The translations under genes and the position numbers were made by a program. A DNA stretch of 64,000 nucleotides from Mustelus asterias (Eukaryota): positions 124,372,001 to 124,436,000 of the forward strand of contig NC_135801.1 in assembly GCF_964213995.1 (NCBI RefSeq), written 5' to 3'. The notes beneath the pieces were generated by a model. That model ran no database searches and was not told the origin of the DNA. It saw nothing but the letters and a program-made list of their open reading frames with translations. Positions within the stretch are counted from its first letter, which is position 1, and each line of letters starts with the position of its first letter. This document shows positions 37,301-52,300 of this stretch, in pieces.

Positions 37301-40300
37301 CCTAACTCTTGACCACAGTGTCTGAGATGGCTGCCCACAACAGCCAGCTGTATGGCCAGCCATGTGTTACAGACCCCTTGAAAGGTCTCTGTGGACCCTC
37401 CGGTGTTCATGGACCCAGTTAGGGAAGCACTGTACTAAACTATAATGAAGAACACAAGCATTTAAAGGCATTTTTGCTATTTTGCTTGGAAATAAGGCCT
37501 GCCCTGCTCTTTCAAGGAACTATTGACCAGTCAACTTATTATAGGCAGTCAGAAAAATAATGGAATTCCTATTACGAATGATAAATTACACCTACTTTCC
37601 ATTACATGAAAAAAGTAAAAGGATTAAAAACTGCTGCACGTACCCACATAGCATTCCTCAAGCAAAGTACGGCCAAAAATTGGAACAGAAGGGAACAATC
37701 GCAGAGATTCCTTCATAACACAGTGAAGAAACTGCAGCTTCTTCAGATCGTCCATAGTCGCAGGACGATCAGAATTACCTGACGAAAAGTAGAGTCAAAT
37801 CACAAAAGGTAAATTTTCAGACAAAAATGAATTACAGAAGTATTTGCAGAAGCAGATCAACATTATCAATAATATACTGCTTTTCTATTCTATTCTATAA
37901 TTAATATTGCCCTTGGTGGAGAATGAAACGATTGCGTGGGGAGAGACACTAGGGCACCAAACGTGGGACAGGAGGAGAGGAGAGAGGAAAAGGCATGTCA
38001 CATTTTCAAAGATCACTCAAGGTGGCCAGGTAAAATCCTCCCTTTCTGAATCCATCTTATTATTTACCAGGTTTATTATTGTACCTATAAACTTCAAGTT
38101 TATTCAATATAATAGATATGTTACAATTATCTCAATGAAGTTTACTGGAGGTGTAAAGATCTATGACCTGCAAAACTATATTAACTACTTACTTTCATCT
38201 ATTTTTCCTGGAGTCACATGACTCTCTTTCAAAATGCTTCCTATTCCAGACATTCCTAATGTCATATTCATTAGGAGCAGGAGTAGGCCATTCGGCCCCT
38301 CGAGCCTGCTCCACCATTTGATAAGATCATGGCTGATCTTATTGTGGCTTCAACTCTACTACCCATCCTTCTATACATTTGACTCCCTTGTCAATCAAGA
38401 ATCTATCTAGCTCAGCCTTAGAAATACTCAATGACCACCCCCAAATTTTATATTTCATTTTCCTTGCAGCAAACAACAACATTCTATTTGCTTTCCTAAT
38501 CGCTTGCTGTACCTACGTAACTTTTATACTTCATTTACCAAAACATCTCTTAAATAATATACTGCTTTTCTATCCCAACCATTATTCAGTGTTAAACCAC
38601 CCAGGAACATACGAAGGTGTTACATGACTGTAAGGTGTTTACTTTGGAGGTATATTAGCATCTCTAGATATCTTTGGATGTGTGCCCTGCCAAACTGAAA
38701 AGTTTTTTAAAAACTTCCTTCTGGATATGAGCATCACCAGCATTTATTGTCCATTCCTAATTTGGTGACAATGAGCCTTTTTCTTTGCTGCACTCCATGT
38801 ACAACCATGGTGATGTTAGGAAGGGAGTTCCAGGATTTTGGCCCAGTGACAGTGAAGGAACGATGATATAGTTCCAAGTCAAGACTGGTGTGCAGTTTTG
38901 AGGGGAACTTTCATGTGGTGTTCCCATGCAGCTGCTGCCCTTGTCCATCTAGGTGGTAAAAGGTCAATAGTTTGGAAAGTGCAGTCAAAGGAGTCTTGGT
39001 GAGTTGCAGCAGTACATCTTGTAAATGGCACACACTGCTGCCACTGTGTATTGGTGATGGATAGGTACAAGTCACAATGGTGTGCATCTTGGAGGAGAAC
39101 TTCCAAGTGGCTGTGTTCTCATATGGCTGCTGTTCTTCTCCTTCTGGGGTTAGAAATCACAGGTTTGGAAGTTTCTCTTGAAGGAACCTTAGCAAGTTGT
39201 TGCACTGCATCTTGTAGATGGTACACACTGCTGCCACTGTGCAAAGGGAGTGGATCTGGAAGGTGGTGGAAGGGGTACCAATCAACCAGGCTGCTTTGGC
39301 CTGGATGGTGTCGAGCTTCTTGAGTGGTGTTGGAGCTGCACTCATCCAGGCAAGTGGAGAGTATTCCATTGCACTCCTGATTTGTGCCTTGTAGACAGTG
39401 GACAAATTTGGAGACGTCAGGAGGTGAGTTACTCGCTACAGGATTCCCAGCCTTTCATCTGTTCTGGTGGCCACAGTATTTAAATCATCGGTCCAGTTCA
39501 TTATCTGGTCAATGGTAGTAACCCTGAAGGATGTTGATGGTGGGGGATTTAGCGATGATAATGTCAATGAGTGTGAAGGGAAAATTGAGAGATTCTTCCT
39601 TGTTGGAGATGGTCATTGTCTGGCAGTTTTGTGGTGTGAATGTTACTTGCCACTTATCAGTCCAAGCCCCAATGGTGTTCAGGGCTTGCTGCATTTGGAC
39701 ATGGACTACTTCAATATCTGAGGAGTGGTGAAATCATCAGCAAACATCCCCCCTTCTGACCTAATGATGGAAGGAAGGTCATTATGAAGCAGCTGAAGAT
39801 GTTTGGGCATGGGACACCACCCTGAAGAACTCCTGCAGTGATGTTTCAGCATTAAAATGATTGACTTCCAACCACCATATAATCTTCATTGGTGCTAGTT
39901 ATGACACCAACCAGCAGAGAGTTTCCCCCTGATTCCCAATAGCTTCAATCTTGCTCGGACTCCTTATTTCTGCACTCAAGCAAATGCTGTATTGATGTCA
40001 GGGGTAGTCACTTGCATCTCACCTCTGGAATTCATCACAGAGTCATCGAATCCCTACAGTGCAGAAGGAGGCCATTCAGCCCATCGAGTCTGCACCGACC
40101 ACAATCCCACCCAGGCCCTATTCCCGTAACCCCTCATATTTACCCTGCTAATCCCCATGACATTAGGTTTAATTTAGCATGGCCAATCAACCTAACCTGC
40201 AAACCTTCGGACTATGGGAGGAAACTGGAGCACCCGGAGAAAATCCATGCAGACACAGGGAGAATGTGCTAAGTCCACACAGACAATGGCCCAAGGCCGG

Positions 40301-43300
40301 AATTGAACCCAGGTCTCTGGCGCTGTGAGGCAGCAGTGCTAACCACTGTGCCGCCCACATCATGTCTGGGCTAAGACTGAAAATGGTGGCTCCAGTGGAA
40401 CCCAAACTGATCATCGGTGAGCGAGTTATCACTGAATAAGTGCAGCATGAAAGAACTTTCAATGGTACCTTCCACCACTTTGCTGATGAATAAGTAGACT
40501 AATGGAGATTTGTCCTGCTTTTTGTAGACAGGACAAATCTGGGCAATCCTCCGGAGTGTTGCAAGATTCCCAGCCTTTCATCTGTTCTGGTGGCCACAGT
40601 ATTTAAATCATCGGTCCAGTTCATTATCTGGTCAATGGTAGTAACCCTGAAGGATGTTGATGGTGGGGGATTTAGCGATGATAATGTCAATGAATGTGAA
40701 GGGAAAATTGAGAGATTCTTCCTTGTTGGAAATAGCTTGCTTCGGGGTGTGGTTGGTTTTGGGGCACAAGTCTTCAGTATTACAGCTGAGATTTTGCTCT
40801 GCCCCCAAATATCCAGTGCCTTCAACCATTTCTTGATATCACATGGAATCAGCTACTAATACAGCAACATTTTAGATGCTTACATTACCAGGATGCATTT
40901 TAATTGTAAATACTTTGGTGAAGTAAATGAAGGAGTTTAAGTCCCTTAAAACCTTACCAAAAACATCATCCAGCTCTTCGTGAACTTTTTTCAGTGCATC
41001 AGGATGGGACCCCAAGAGGTAAAGGGCCCAGTTTATTGCAGCGGCTGTAGTATCATGGCCCTGATGGCAAAAACAGCGCAACATGTTTAAAGATATATAC
41101 ATTTGCAGTTACTCATTTTTCCACAGACTGAATCCAATGTTTCAGCACAATCATCGGAACAAACTAATACAATGCAGATGCTCCCACTGTTGAGATCAAA
41201 CAGAGGAGCCATCTGGTGTATTAACATGGTTTTATTTCACAACTGCGACTAAAAACTAAGATAATTATTGTCACTAAAGTAAAACAGGTCTGCTCATGAT
41301 CTGAATGGTTTATTTCCTTTATTAAAAAATCTCCTACTTTAACTCAAAAATCCTCTGACCTTTTGTTGCAGTTATATTGAAATGATATGCTGAGGTAAAG
41401 CTATACCTCAGGATCTACTTACAACTCAAAAGTACCTTATAAAATATCATAGAATCACAGAATACAAAAGCGCAGAAGAGTCCCTTTGGCCCATCGAGTC
41501 TGCGCCCACGCATGAAATGCCCTGACCTGCCCATCGAATCCCACTTGCCAGCACTTGGCCCACAGTCTTGAATGTTATGGGTGCCAAGTACTCATCCAGG
41601 TACTTATTAAAGGCATCCCGCCTCCACCATCCTCCCAGGCAGCGCACTCCAGATCGTCACTACCCTCTGAGTAAAAATGCTTTTCCTCAAACCACCCCCC
41701 CCAAACCTCCCACCCTTCACTTTTAATCAGATATTTCATGACCATCAATGAAAAGACCTTTCTTAACAGAAAAACACATTGCAATCATGTTCAAAATGGG
41801 TATCAGAACCAGGACAGCAGAAAGTATAGAAAAGATAAAGGTTTTAAATTTTATGACGCAAAGAGTTAGACGTTTGTTGTTAATATAACAAAGAGAGGAA
41901 TATGTTGCCTTCACATCACAGGGCCCGATTTTACCATTGTGTCGCGTCTGTTTTTGGGCACAAAAGCTTGGTAAAGTCGGGCGTGAGGTGATTAACGCGA
42001 TCCGCGCCTGTGTCCGCGCAGATGCCCACTTTACCAAGGCCCGAAAATGGCCGCGATCAGAATCGCGCCCGAAATGGGCGCAACGGCGATTTAAATGCAT
42101 TTGCATGCATTTATATTGAATCAATGGGCGGCCCACCCAACTTTACCAGCATGTCCCCCTTTACCATCGTGTTCACCCGTCCAGATTTGGCATGAAGCAG
42201 ACATGCTCGGCAAAGGTCTATTACGGGCGCTCCAGCTTCTGCAGAGATAAGTTCAAAGCTTCCAATGGCTCTCTGACTCAGATCAGTGGTGAAGGGAGGG
42301 GGGTATCGAGGGAGGCGGGTCAGATTATTCTCTGGTGAGGGGGGGAGGGAGGAGGAGGCGGGTCAGATGTATCTTGGTGGTGGGGGGAGGAGGGAGGCCC
42401 GATCATTCTTTGGTGAGGGGGGGGGGGGGGGGGGGGGGGAGGAGGTCCAACATTCTCTGGTGGGAGGGAGGAGGGAGGGCAGATCATTCTCTAGTTGGGG
42501 ATGGGGGGGGGGGGGCGCGATCATTCTCTGGTGGGAGGGAGGGGGACCGCTGCCACTCTGTGGGCGATCGGTGGGGGGGACGGGGGACAGGGGGTCGTGA
42601 TTGGTCCGAGTAGCAGGGGGTGGGTAGATAAGGGGGACAGTTATTTTGTGGGGGTGGGGCGATGTCAGTGGGGGCCATCGCTCCCGCTTTTCGCTCCCGG
42701 GCCTCTTTATCCACTTTTTGCGGCCCGGAGCGATGTGATAGGGGCACGATTTTTCAAATTTTGTTCTCACTGCGCATGCGCAGTTCAAAGCTCCATTCGC
42801 AGCTGCAGCGTTTCAGGCGCGATAAGCCCCACCCACAGCGCAATTCAGACTCGTGATTTTTTTTTCAGGCTGAGTGTGTAAACAGCCTGGAAGCAGATTT
42901 CCAAGTCGGATCAGATTCAGCACTTAGAATCAAAATGGTAAAATCGGGCCCACAGAGTCAAAGAATTGTTTCAGCATAAGAGAAGGCCATTAGTCCATCA
43001 AATACGTGCTGGCTCCTTGAAGAATTATTTCCAATTTACCAATCCTTCACCCTTTCCCCATAGTCCTGCATGTTCTTCCTTTTCAGAATTCGTTTCTCCC
43101 TATTTAGTCTTTTCAGGACCCTTATGATTTTGAATCTTCTCTCAACTTGTTCTTCTCCAAGGAGAACAGTCCCAACTTCTCCAATCTATCTTCATAACTG
43201 ATGTGCCTCATCCCTGGCACCTTTCACCAGGGAGAGAATCCCTGGCATTCTCTCTATTGCTTGCACATACTGTTTAAAGTGAGGCACGCAGAACTGGACA

Positions 43301-46300
43301 CAATACTCCAACTGAAGGTGAATTAGTATTGATACAAGTTTACCATAATGTCCTTGCTTTTATACTCTATGTCTCTATTAATAAAGTAAGAAGTTTAACA
43401 ACACCAGGTTAAAGTCCAACAGGTTTATTTGGTAGCAAAAGCCACACAAGCTTTCGAGGCTCTGAGCCCCTTCTTCAGGTGAGTGGGAATTCTGTTCACA
43501 AACAGAACTTATAAGACACAGACTCAATTTACATGGTTGGAATGCGAATACTTACAACTAATCCAGTCTTTAAGAAACAAAACAATGGGAGTGGAGAGAG
43601 CATCAAGACAGGCTAAAAAGATGTGTATTGTCTCCAGACAAGACAGCCAGTGAAACTGGCTGTCTTGTCTGGAGACAATACACATCTTTTTAGCCTGTCT
43701 TGATGCTCTCTCCACTCCCATTGTTTTGTTTCTTAAAGACTGGATTAGTTGTAAGTATTCGCTTTTTTAACTGCTCTTTCAACTTTCCCTGCTACTTTCA
43801 ATGACTTATGCACATATATAGCCTGGTCCTTCTGCTCCTGCACTCCCTTTAAAATTGTCCCCTTTATTTTATGTTGTCGCTCCATATACTTCCTACCAAA
43901 ATGAATCATTTCACACTTCTCTTTATTAAATTTCATCAGTCACCTCTCCGCCAATTCCACCAAGCTATATCCTTTTGAACTTCTATTCTATCCTCTTCAC
44001 AGTTTGATACCATCCACAAATTTTGCAATTGCATCCCATACACCAAGGTGCAGGTCATTAATATATCACTCAAACCAACCTCCCAGCCATTGACAGTATC
44101 TACACTTCTCGCTGCCTCGGAAAAGCAGCCAGCATAATTAAGGACCCCACGCACCCTGCACATAATCTCTTCCACCTTCTTCCGTCGGGAAAAAACGTGG
44201 AAAAGTCTGAGGTCACGTACCAATCAACACAAAAACAGCTTCTTCCCTGCTGCCATCAGGGAATGGACCTACCTTATATTAAGCTGATCTTTCTCTACAC
44301 CCTAGCTATGACTGTAACACTACATTCTGCACTCTCTCCTTTCCTTCTCTATGTACGGTAATGCTTTATCTGTATAGCGCGCAAGAAACATTACTTTTCA
44401 CTGTCTACTAATACATGTAACAATAATAAATCAAATCAAAATCAACACTGACTCCAAGGGAACTATACTAGAAACCTTCCTCCAGTCCAAAAAACATGCA
44501 CTGATCACTACTCTCTTTGTCCTATCATTCAGCCAATTTTGTACCTGTGTTGCTACTGTTCCTTTTATTCCATGAGCTCTAACTTTGCTCACAGTTTTGT
44601 TGTGCTACAGCTAATAAGATGCCTTTTGAAAGCTCATGTACATCACATTAACATCATTACCCTCATCAACCCTCTGTGTTACCTCTTCAGAAATCTCCAG
44701 CTAGGTTAGTTAAACACAATTTGTCCTTCACAAATTCATGTTAGCTTTCCTTAATGGATGGCATTTGCTCAGGAGACTATTCATTTTGTCTTGAATTGTT
44801 GCTAATAACACAACTGATGTAAAAGCTGAAAAACTGAGACTGACTGAAAATTTGACAAAAAATATTTAATAATCTGTGCTCAACCAGGGATATGATAAGA
44901 ACCAGAACACCAATTTTAAGAAAAGCTTTTATAGCAAATTTATTGATTCTTCTGGTGAAATAAGGGAAATTGAATCACTGACCAAAGTTAGCACAATATA
45001 AAAAACCACTAGATGGAGGTATATCTTAAGCCATGATAATGCCCAAGCGAGATTTTATTATGGCGAATCAGCTTTTTCTACTTCAATAATTATCAAGTTG
45101 TTTATAAGTAAGCATCTGCTTAACTCAGATCAACAACTAATGAGACCACACTCCATCACAAATCTGCTTCCATTAGAAGAATCCACATGCTGTACATGCA
45201 CCAAATCACAGACTAATACTTTGTAAAATACTACTGAAATTAAAATGAAAATTAATCAGCATTGATAGAGTTGCGGAGGTCTTGCGACACAGTGGAAGCA
45301 TCCCCACCTCTGGACCAGAAGCTCTGGGTTCAAGTCCCACATTAGGACTTGATGGCCACAGAAGGTGTGTTTAGAACATGACCAAAGAATGTGATTATTG
45401 GCCTGTAAATCTTTCCATCATCCCTGATGGCAGGTGTAAGAGCAGGTGAGCTTCCTGACCAAAGTACCGCAGTACTTTGCCAAGTATAATCCATAGAATC
45501 CCTACAATGCAGAAGGAAGCCATTCCTTGTAACTCCATGTTTTTACCCTGCTAATCCCCCTGACACTAAGCGGCAATTTAGCAACTGAACCCGCACATTT
45601 TTGGAGTGTTGGGTGAAACCACAGCACCCGAAGGAAATCCACCCAGACACGGGAAAATGTGCAAACTCCACACAAACAGTGATCTGAGGCCAGAATTGAA
45701 CCTGGGTCTCTGGCACTGTGAGGCAGCAATGCTAACCATTGTGCCACCGTGCCACCCTAATCCTGAGATCCAAGGTCGCCAATGCCAAGTTAGGTCATGG
45801 TACCTGAAGGAGGAGGGTAAAGTATAATTATAGCAATGATCACAACATATTAACATCATCTTATGTAAGTACATGTATTGAATTATACTGGAGTTCATAT
45901 GACATTAGTATGTATTGTTCTGAATTAGAATTAGAAGGCTTCCTCAAGGGGCGGCACGGTAGCACAGTGGTTAGCACTGCTGCTTCACAGCTCCAGGGAC
46001 CTGGGTTCGATTCCCGGCTTGGGTCACTGTCTGCGTGGAGTTTGCACATTCTCCTCGTGTCTGCGTGGGTTTCCTCGGGGTACTCCGGTTTCCTCCCACA
46101 GTCCAAAGATGTGCGGGTTAGGTTGATTGGCCAGGTTAAAAATTGCCCCTTAGAGTCCTGAGATGCGTAGGTTAGAGGGATTAGCAGGTAAATATGTGGG
46201 GGTAGGGCCTGGGTGGGATTGTGGTCAGTGCAGACTCGATGGGCCGAATGGCCTCCTTCTGCACTGTAGGGTTTCTATGATTTCTAATTAGATATTTTTG

Positions 46301-49300
46301 ATTCTGATGAAAAGTGACACATTGAAATTTTACCTTCATTTCCCTCTCCACAGATGCTGCCAGAGCAACAACACGTCCACAGCAGATGTCATCTCCCTGG
46401 CCCTACACTCAACCCTAGAACACTTAGACAACATGTCTGACTCCTATTTGTTGACTACAGCTCGGCCTTCAACACCATTATTCCTACAAAACTCATCTCC
46501 AGACTCTGTGGCCTGGGGCTTGGCGCCTCCCTCTGCAACTGGATCCTGAACTTCATAATCCATAGACCACAATCAGCAAGGATAGGCAACAACACCTCCT
46601 CCATGATCATCCTCAACACCGGTGCCCCGCAAGGCTGTGCCCTCAGCCCCTTACTATGCTCCTTATACACCTATGACTGTGTGACCAAATTCCCCTCCAA
46701 CTTGATTTTCAAGTTTGTTGACGACACCACCGTAGCAGGTCAGATCTCAAACAATGACGAGACAGAGTACAGGAAAAAGATAGAGAATCTGGTGAACTGG
46801 TGCAACGACAATAATCTCTCCCTCAATGTCAACAAAATGAAGGAGATTGTCATTGACTTCACAAAGTGGAGTGGTGGACATGCCCCAGTCTACATTAACG
46901 GGGACAAAGTGGAACTGGTCAAGAGCTTCAAATTTCTAGGTGTCCAGATCACCAACAACCTGTCCTGGTCCCTCCACGCCGATGCTATAGTTAAGAAAGC
47001 CTACCAACGCCTCTACTTTCTCAGGAGGTGAAGGAATTTGGCATATCCATGACAACTCTCACCAGCTTCTACAGATGCAGCATAGAAAGCATTCTTTCTG
47101 GTTGTATTACAGCTTGGTATGGCTCCTGCTCCACCCAAAACCGCAAAAAACTACAAAGGGTCATAAACGAAGCCCGGTCCATCATGCAAACCAGCCTCCC
47201 ATTCATTGACTCTGCTTATACTTCCCGCTGCCTCAGAAAACCAGCCAGCATAATCAAGGACCCCACGCACCACGGGCATACTCTCTTCCACCTTCTTCCG
47301 TCAGGAAAAACATAGAAAAGTCTGAGGACACGTACCAACCGACTCAAGAACAGTTTCTTCCCTGCTGCCATCAGTCTTTTGAATGGTTCTACCTCGTTAT
47401 AAGTTGATCTTTCTCTACACCCTAGCTATGGCTGTAACACTACATTATGCACTCTCTCCTTTCCTTCTCTATGATATGCCTTGTCTAAATAGCACGCAAG
47501 AAACAATACTTTTCACTGTATGCTAATATATGTGACAATAATAAATCAAATCAAATATTTCCAGCATTCTTATTTTTAAATCATATTCTAATCCTTGTTA
47601 CCTGGGGCACGGTTTTTCCTGATCCAAAGTAGCGTGTGGATAAACAAGAAACAACTTTGAACACAAGAGGAAATAATCAATCAATCCTTACACTAAAAGC
47701 ACTCAAAAGATTAATGGTGGGATGGGGGAGGAGTAGGGCAATAATTCAATTTAGCTTCTTGGAAGCCTTTTGTTCTTTATTGAGCTCCAGCTTTGCACAT
47801 TCTGAAAGTACCGAAAACCTGTCTAGCAAGTAGAAAAGCAGGCACTATGATGACTTATAAACCATGTGCTACATACTTTAAGCTTGAAAGCTGAAGAGTA
47901 AAATGGCATTGCCCAAACTCTCACTTGTTTTGTTGAACAAAGAAGTGTGTTTAAGAATATTAAATATGTTCGTATGTCGATTAATGATCAGGAATTGATT
48001 TTAAAAGAATGTTTAATAATAAATAAATATAAGCGGCTATCAGTATTTACACAGCTGAAAGACACCAGGGCTATTTATTCTGTAGTTCCCCTTTACACCA
48101 GAAGGTAGCAATAGTACTGTGCTGTGATTTCATTGTTTGACACAACAGCCGGTATTTTATGACCTCGCTCGGGCGAGGCTTGTAAAATCTCCCCCAAGCC
48201 CAATGGAGAATTCTGTTCTGCGAGCCTCGCCCACCCTGGGGCGGGCATGTCGGTAAACCTCCGGCCATTGGGTTACTCAGTTCTCCCACCACCAACACCA
48301 ACCCCCCACCCCACCCCCACCTAGACTTCCCAACCCTGCAGATTTTTTTCAAAGCATTTCTAAAATGGCAACCTGTAATTTAAAAATGCGATGATCAAGT
48401 GTTCTGCTTGACCTTTGTTGTGAAAACAACAATGCCACTGTTTTGATTCTAAACAAATCTTTTTTTCCAATGCTCATGTGACCATTTGAGGCTGAAGTAT
48501 TTTGAACAGTTTTCCTTTCCCAAATGTACATTGGGTATCTGATCTGCTACTGACTGTTTTGCAATGTCAGGGGGATTAGCAGGGTAAATATGTGGGGTTA
48601 CGGGGATAGGACCTGGGTGGGATTGTTGTCGGTGCAGGCTCGATGGGCCAGATGGCCTCCTTCTGCACTGTAGGTTCTATGATTCCATATTTCAATCTTG
48701 CTGAAGTTCATTTTTACCCCCGACAGCATTTGGCCTCACCCTAATTTGAGTTCTGTCAAAAAAACACTGAAAATTTCCGATTATCAGTTGAGTTTTTTGA
48801 TAATTAGAAATTGCAAACATTCTAATTCCTGGCATTTTGGGGATGCCAGAGGAGTGATGAAATGGACACAAGAGGTCGGCAGACAGCGTGTCTTTCCTCA
48901 TCCTAATAGGAATTATTTTGAGAAAAGTGCAAGAAATGTTTCTTAAAACTCTAAAAACAAACAAAACATCTCCAATTATGACCTGATCCAATCTGTATTT
49001 TGTTAACTGCAAAGAACAGCTTTTGCCTAATGACATCTGAGAATCAGGAAAAGGCATACACACTGAACTGAAGAAAAGAGACAAAGACACTTCCATGAAC
49101 AAGTTACTAATCATAGATACCAAATTTGATATTTTCTGTAACTTTTTAGCAAGTTGAAAAACAGTACTGAGAGGCCAGATGTCTCCCTATCCTCCAGCCC
49201 CTTGTTTATCAGGCAGATTCACCCGAGGTGAAAAGGCAACCAGCACTGATCCATCACATGACAATCATTTTCAAAATTCAAGCAGTTTCAGACAAAATCC

Positions 49301-52300
49301 TTCAAAAGAATCAAAATCACAAAAAAACTCAGGCCATTCAGCACATTGTGCCTGGACTGAATTCCTCCTATGGACCTATCTCCTCGCATATCAGTAGCTT
49401 CTTCTCTCATTCATAATAAAGATCTTTATCTAATGTTTTACTTGCATAGAATTTGAGGTCAGACATTTCATTTTCCAATAATCCTTTGCTTTTTTTCTAT
49501 TGTTGTAAACTTGCGTCCGCCTGTTGCTTATTCAATGCCCACCAAGAATAATCAGTCACAATATACCCTTTCAAACCTTGCAAAAACATCAGACTCTTCA
49601 ATTAGTTCCCCTTTAACCTTCTCTGCTTTAGTGAATGCAGTGGAGGTTTTTGCATGGCTTTAGAAAATTGTTGTGGCAAGAAATTGGAAAGGTTAGGATT
49701 GCACTCATTGGAGCAGATATTTTCTAGCAAATCCGCACCGAACCTTTTCTGAGGCTTCATTATTCATTAATGACCTGCACACATTAATCCAACTGTGGTC
49801 TGGCCAATAATCTGGGCTGGGTCACCATCAGCTTTTTTACGTAGTCACTGACCGCACATTTAAAATCCAGAATTCAATTTGCCCTTTTTTTCTAAATAGA
49901 CAACCTTTAAATTAACTTTGCAACATTAGTAAGACCATTTTAAAATATCTGAAACGTTTTCTTTACTGTATTGAAGCATCTCAGAATGTTACTTGATGTA
50001 TGTAAAGGGCCTGAACATTATTGCTTTTTGTGTGATGGTCATTTTAGAATTTTGTAATGTTTTCACAGATTTATGAGTAAAGTATATTTTGAAAAAAAAA
50101 ATCAATTTGCCCATCTTTCCACCGGAGATCCTGCTTATAAAACCTGTATCTCTAACTAACTCCATTTCTCTAACCCGGTGAGAATGTTTGAGCTGTGTGT
50201 TTTAGTCACTTTTCCCAACCAACACTTACCATTTCGCTTTTATCTATACTGAAATTCGATTGCCACTTACCTGGTCACTTCCATCACAATCATTTATCTT
50301 CCTAGTTACTCGTAATCTTCTGCGCTTTAAGATGTTCTTTTTACTTGAAACAAAGTCAGTAAAAAACAGTAGAAACAGACAATAGAAATTGGACTTATGC
50401 TCGAGTGAGGGACAGAATCCCATCTCCAGCCAATTAGCACTCCTCGGTGGGTTTAAGAGTTGCAGAGCTGCTCTAATTGGCAGGGTTGTATTCTCTGTCG
50501 ACTCTTCGGGTGGTCGGGTGGTGAAACCTCACTTTCGGAAAAGTCCAACCTGATGTTTTTTTCAAAAGACTAAGTTAACTTCTCTTTGTCTCTCCACAAT
50601 GAAGCTATTGAACCAATCTGTAAATGCAATGGTATAAGTGGCCTTTCAGAGTGTTTTAAAGCAATGTCAATGCTATTGACAGCCTGGAAACGGCAGTGGG
50701 GTTAATATCAGCAGATGATTTGACCAACTATTTTAATGGAGGCACGAACTGATTAATTTTAATGAGGTTAACATCTCCACTAAAAATGGACTGGAGAATA
50801 TCAGAATGTGTTAATTGTCCATCCACCAGCAATAATTTCAACCCTTATATCATTATTTGGTTCAATAAACCAATTGAAGTATAAAACTGCTTTGAACCTT
50901 TCAGATTATGGGTGGGTTTCTGCCCCCACTCCTGCGGTATGTTTTACAGTGACGGAGGCGGCCTGTCATTGGCCAGTGGCGGGGTCTTCCAGTTCCACCG
51001 CTATCAATAGGGTTTCCCATTGTTCGGACCCTGTGTCGGCAGGGAACACGTGGCGGCGGTCGCTGTCGGCAGGACCGGAAGATCCTGCCAGGAGCAGCTG
51101 GAAAATCCCACCCTACATCTTACCTCAAATATGAATGTGTCCACTTCTTCTCTTATGTCTTGCTGACTCAACTTGTTCCCATTTTCATCAATTGCGCTGA
51201 GAAGCAGGTCAAGGAAGGCCTTGCGCTTATTTTTCCCCAATGAATTGGAGTCTGAATCAGAGTGGTTGACTTCCTCAGAATCCTCCGTTTTACAAAACCT
51301 CTCAGCAATTACCTAATAAGAAACAACAAATTAATTTTCTAAGAAGTAGCCTTACCAAGTGATTGGATTTGATAATAATTGTAGTTCTCACAAATCCACA
51401 GACTGTCTTCCTATTGCTTCCAGCTAGCAGCTATTTGACGCCAAGGTATTATTGCCTAATGCTGCAGATCCCAGCACCCCCTCAACACCTCAGCTTCGAC
51501 AATGCTCCCACAGCAGTCAGCACCTCCAGGAGAGAGGGGGAAACAGGTGTCTTGTTAAAGGGGCATTTTATACGGCAACCCAAGAAGGGAGGAATCTAGA
51601 AATACATAATGACTTATGATCAGCAGAGGTTTGTTTTGAATGGCGAGCTGTCAGCTTTTGTTGTCATTAATCCTCTGAAGCTCACTGCAGCCTCATGTTT
51701 TAGCACCAGTGCAGATTAAAACAGGAATCCTGAAATTGTGGTCTGTCACTCACAGCTCAACCACAGGCGGTGCTGTGGAGCACCCGGGACCACCAGGGAC
51801 CCATCGCTGTTAGCAACCCAATAAAAATCTGCTCCCAGTTCAATCAGGTGTAACTGAGGTATCAACAGTGACCCAAAGTAATAGTCATTGATGAACAACA
51901 GACCTGGCGCTGAAAAATTAATTTTCTATTTGTGGAGCATTGTTAAATATCTCCTATTTTCATTTTTAAAAAATTATTTCAGCTTCTGCTTTCACCCATG
52001 TGTGAATCCCAGTTTTTATTTTACTTTATATAAGTTTTTTTAAAAAGTGATTTGATTTTAGTGCTTTTCATTTTTTTTTGAATCATAGAATCCCTACAGT
52101 ACAGAAAGAGGCCATTTAGCCCATCGGGTCTGCACCGACCACAATCCCACCCAGGCCCTACCCCATATCCCTACATATTTTACCCACTAATCCCTCTAAC
52201 CTACGCAACCCAGGACACTAAGGGGCAATTTTTAGCATGGCCAATCAACCTAACCCTCACATCTTTGGACTGTGGGAGGAAACCAGAGCACCCGGAGGAA

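Noticed and set aside
42286-42881. Gly- or Pro-rich ORFs
   Set aside because: Translations of G-runs inside the MITE, with no splice or domain evidence.
45948-46030. tRNA gene
   Set aside because: The A/B boxes belong to the head of a SINE and are followed by the V-SINE core and tail. The same holds for all similar hits.
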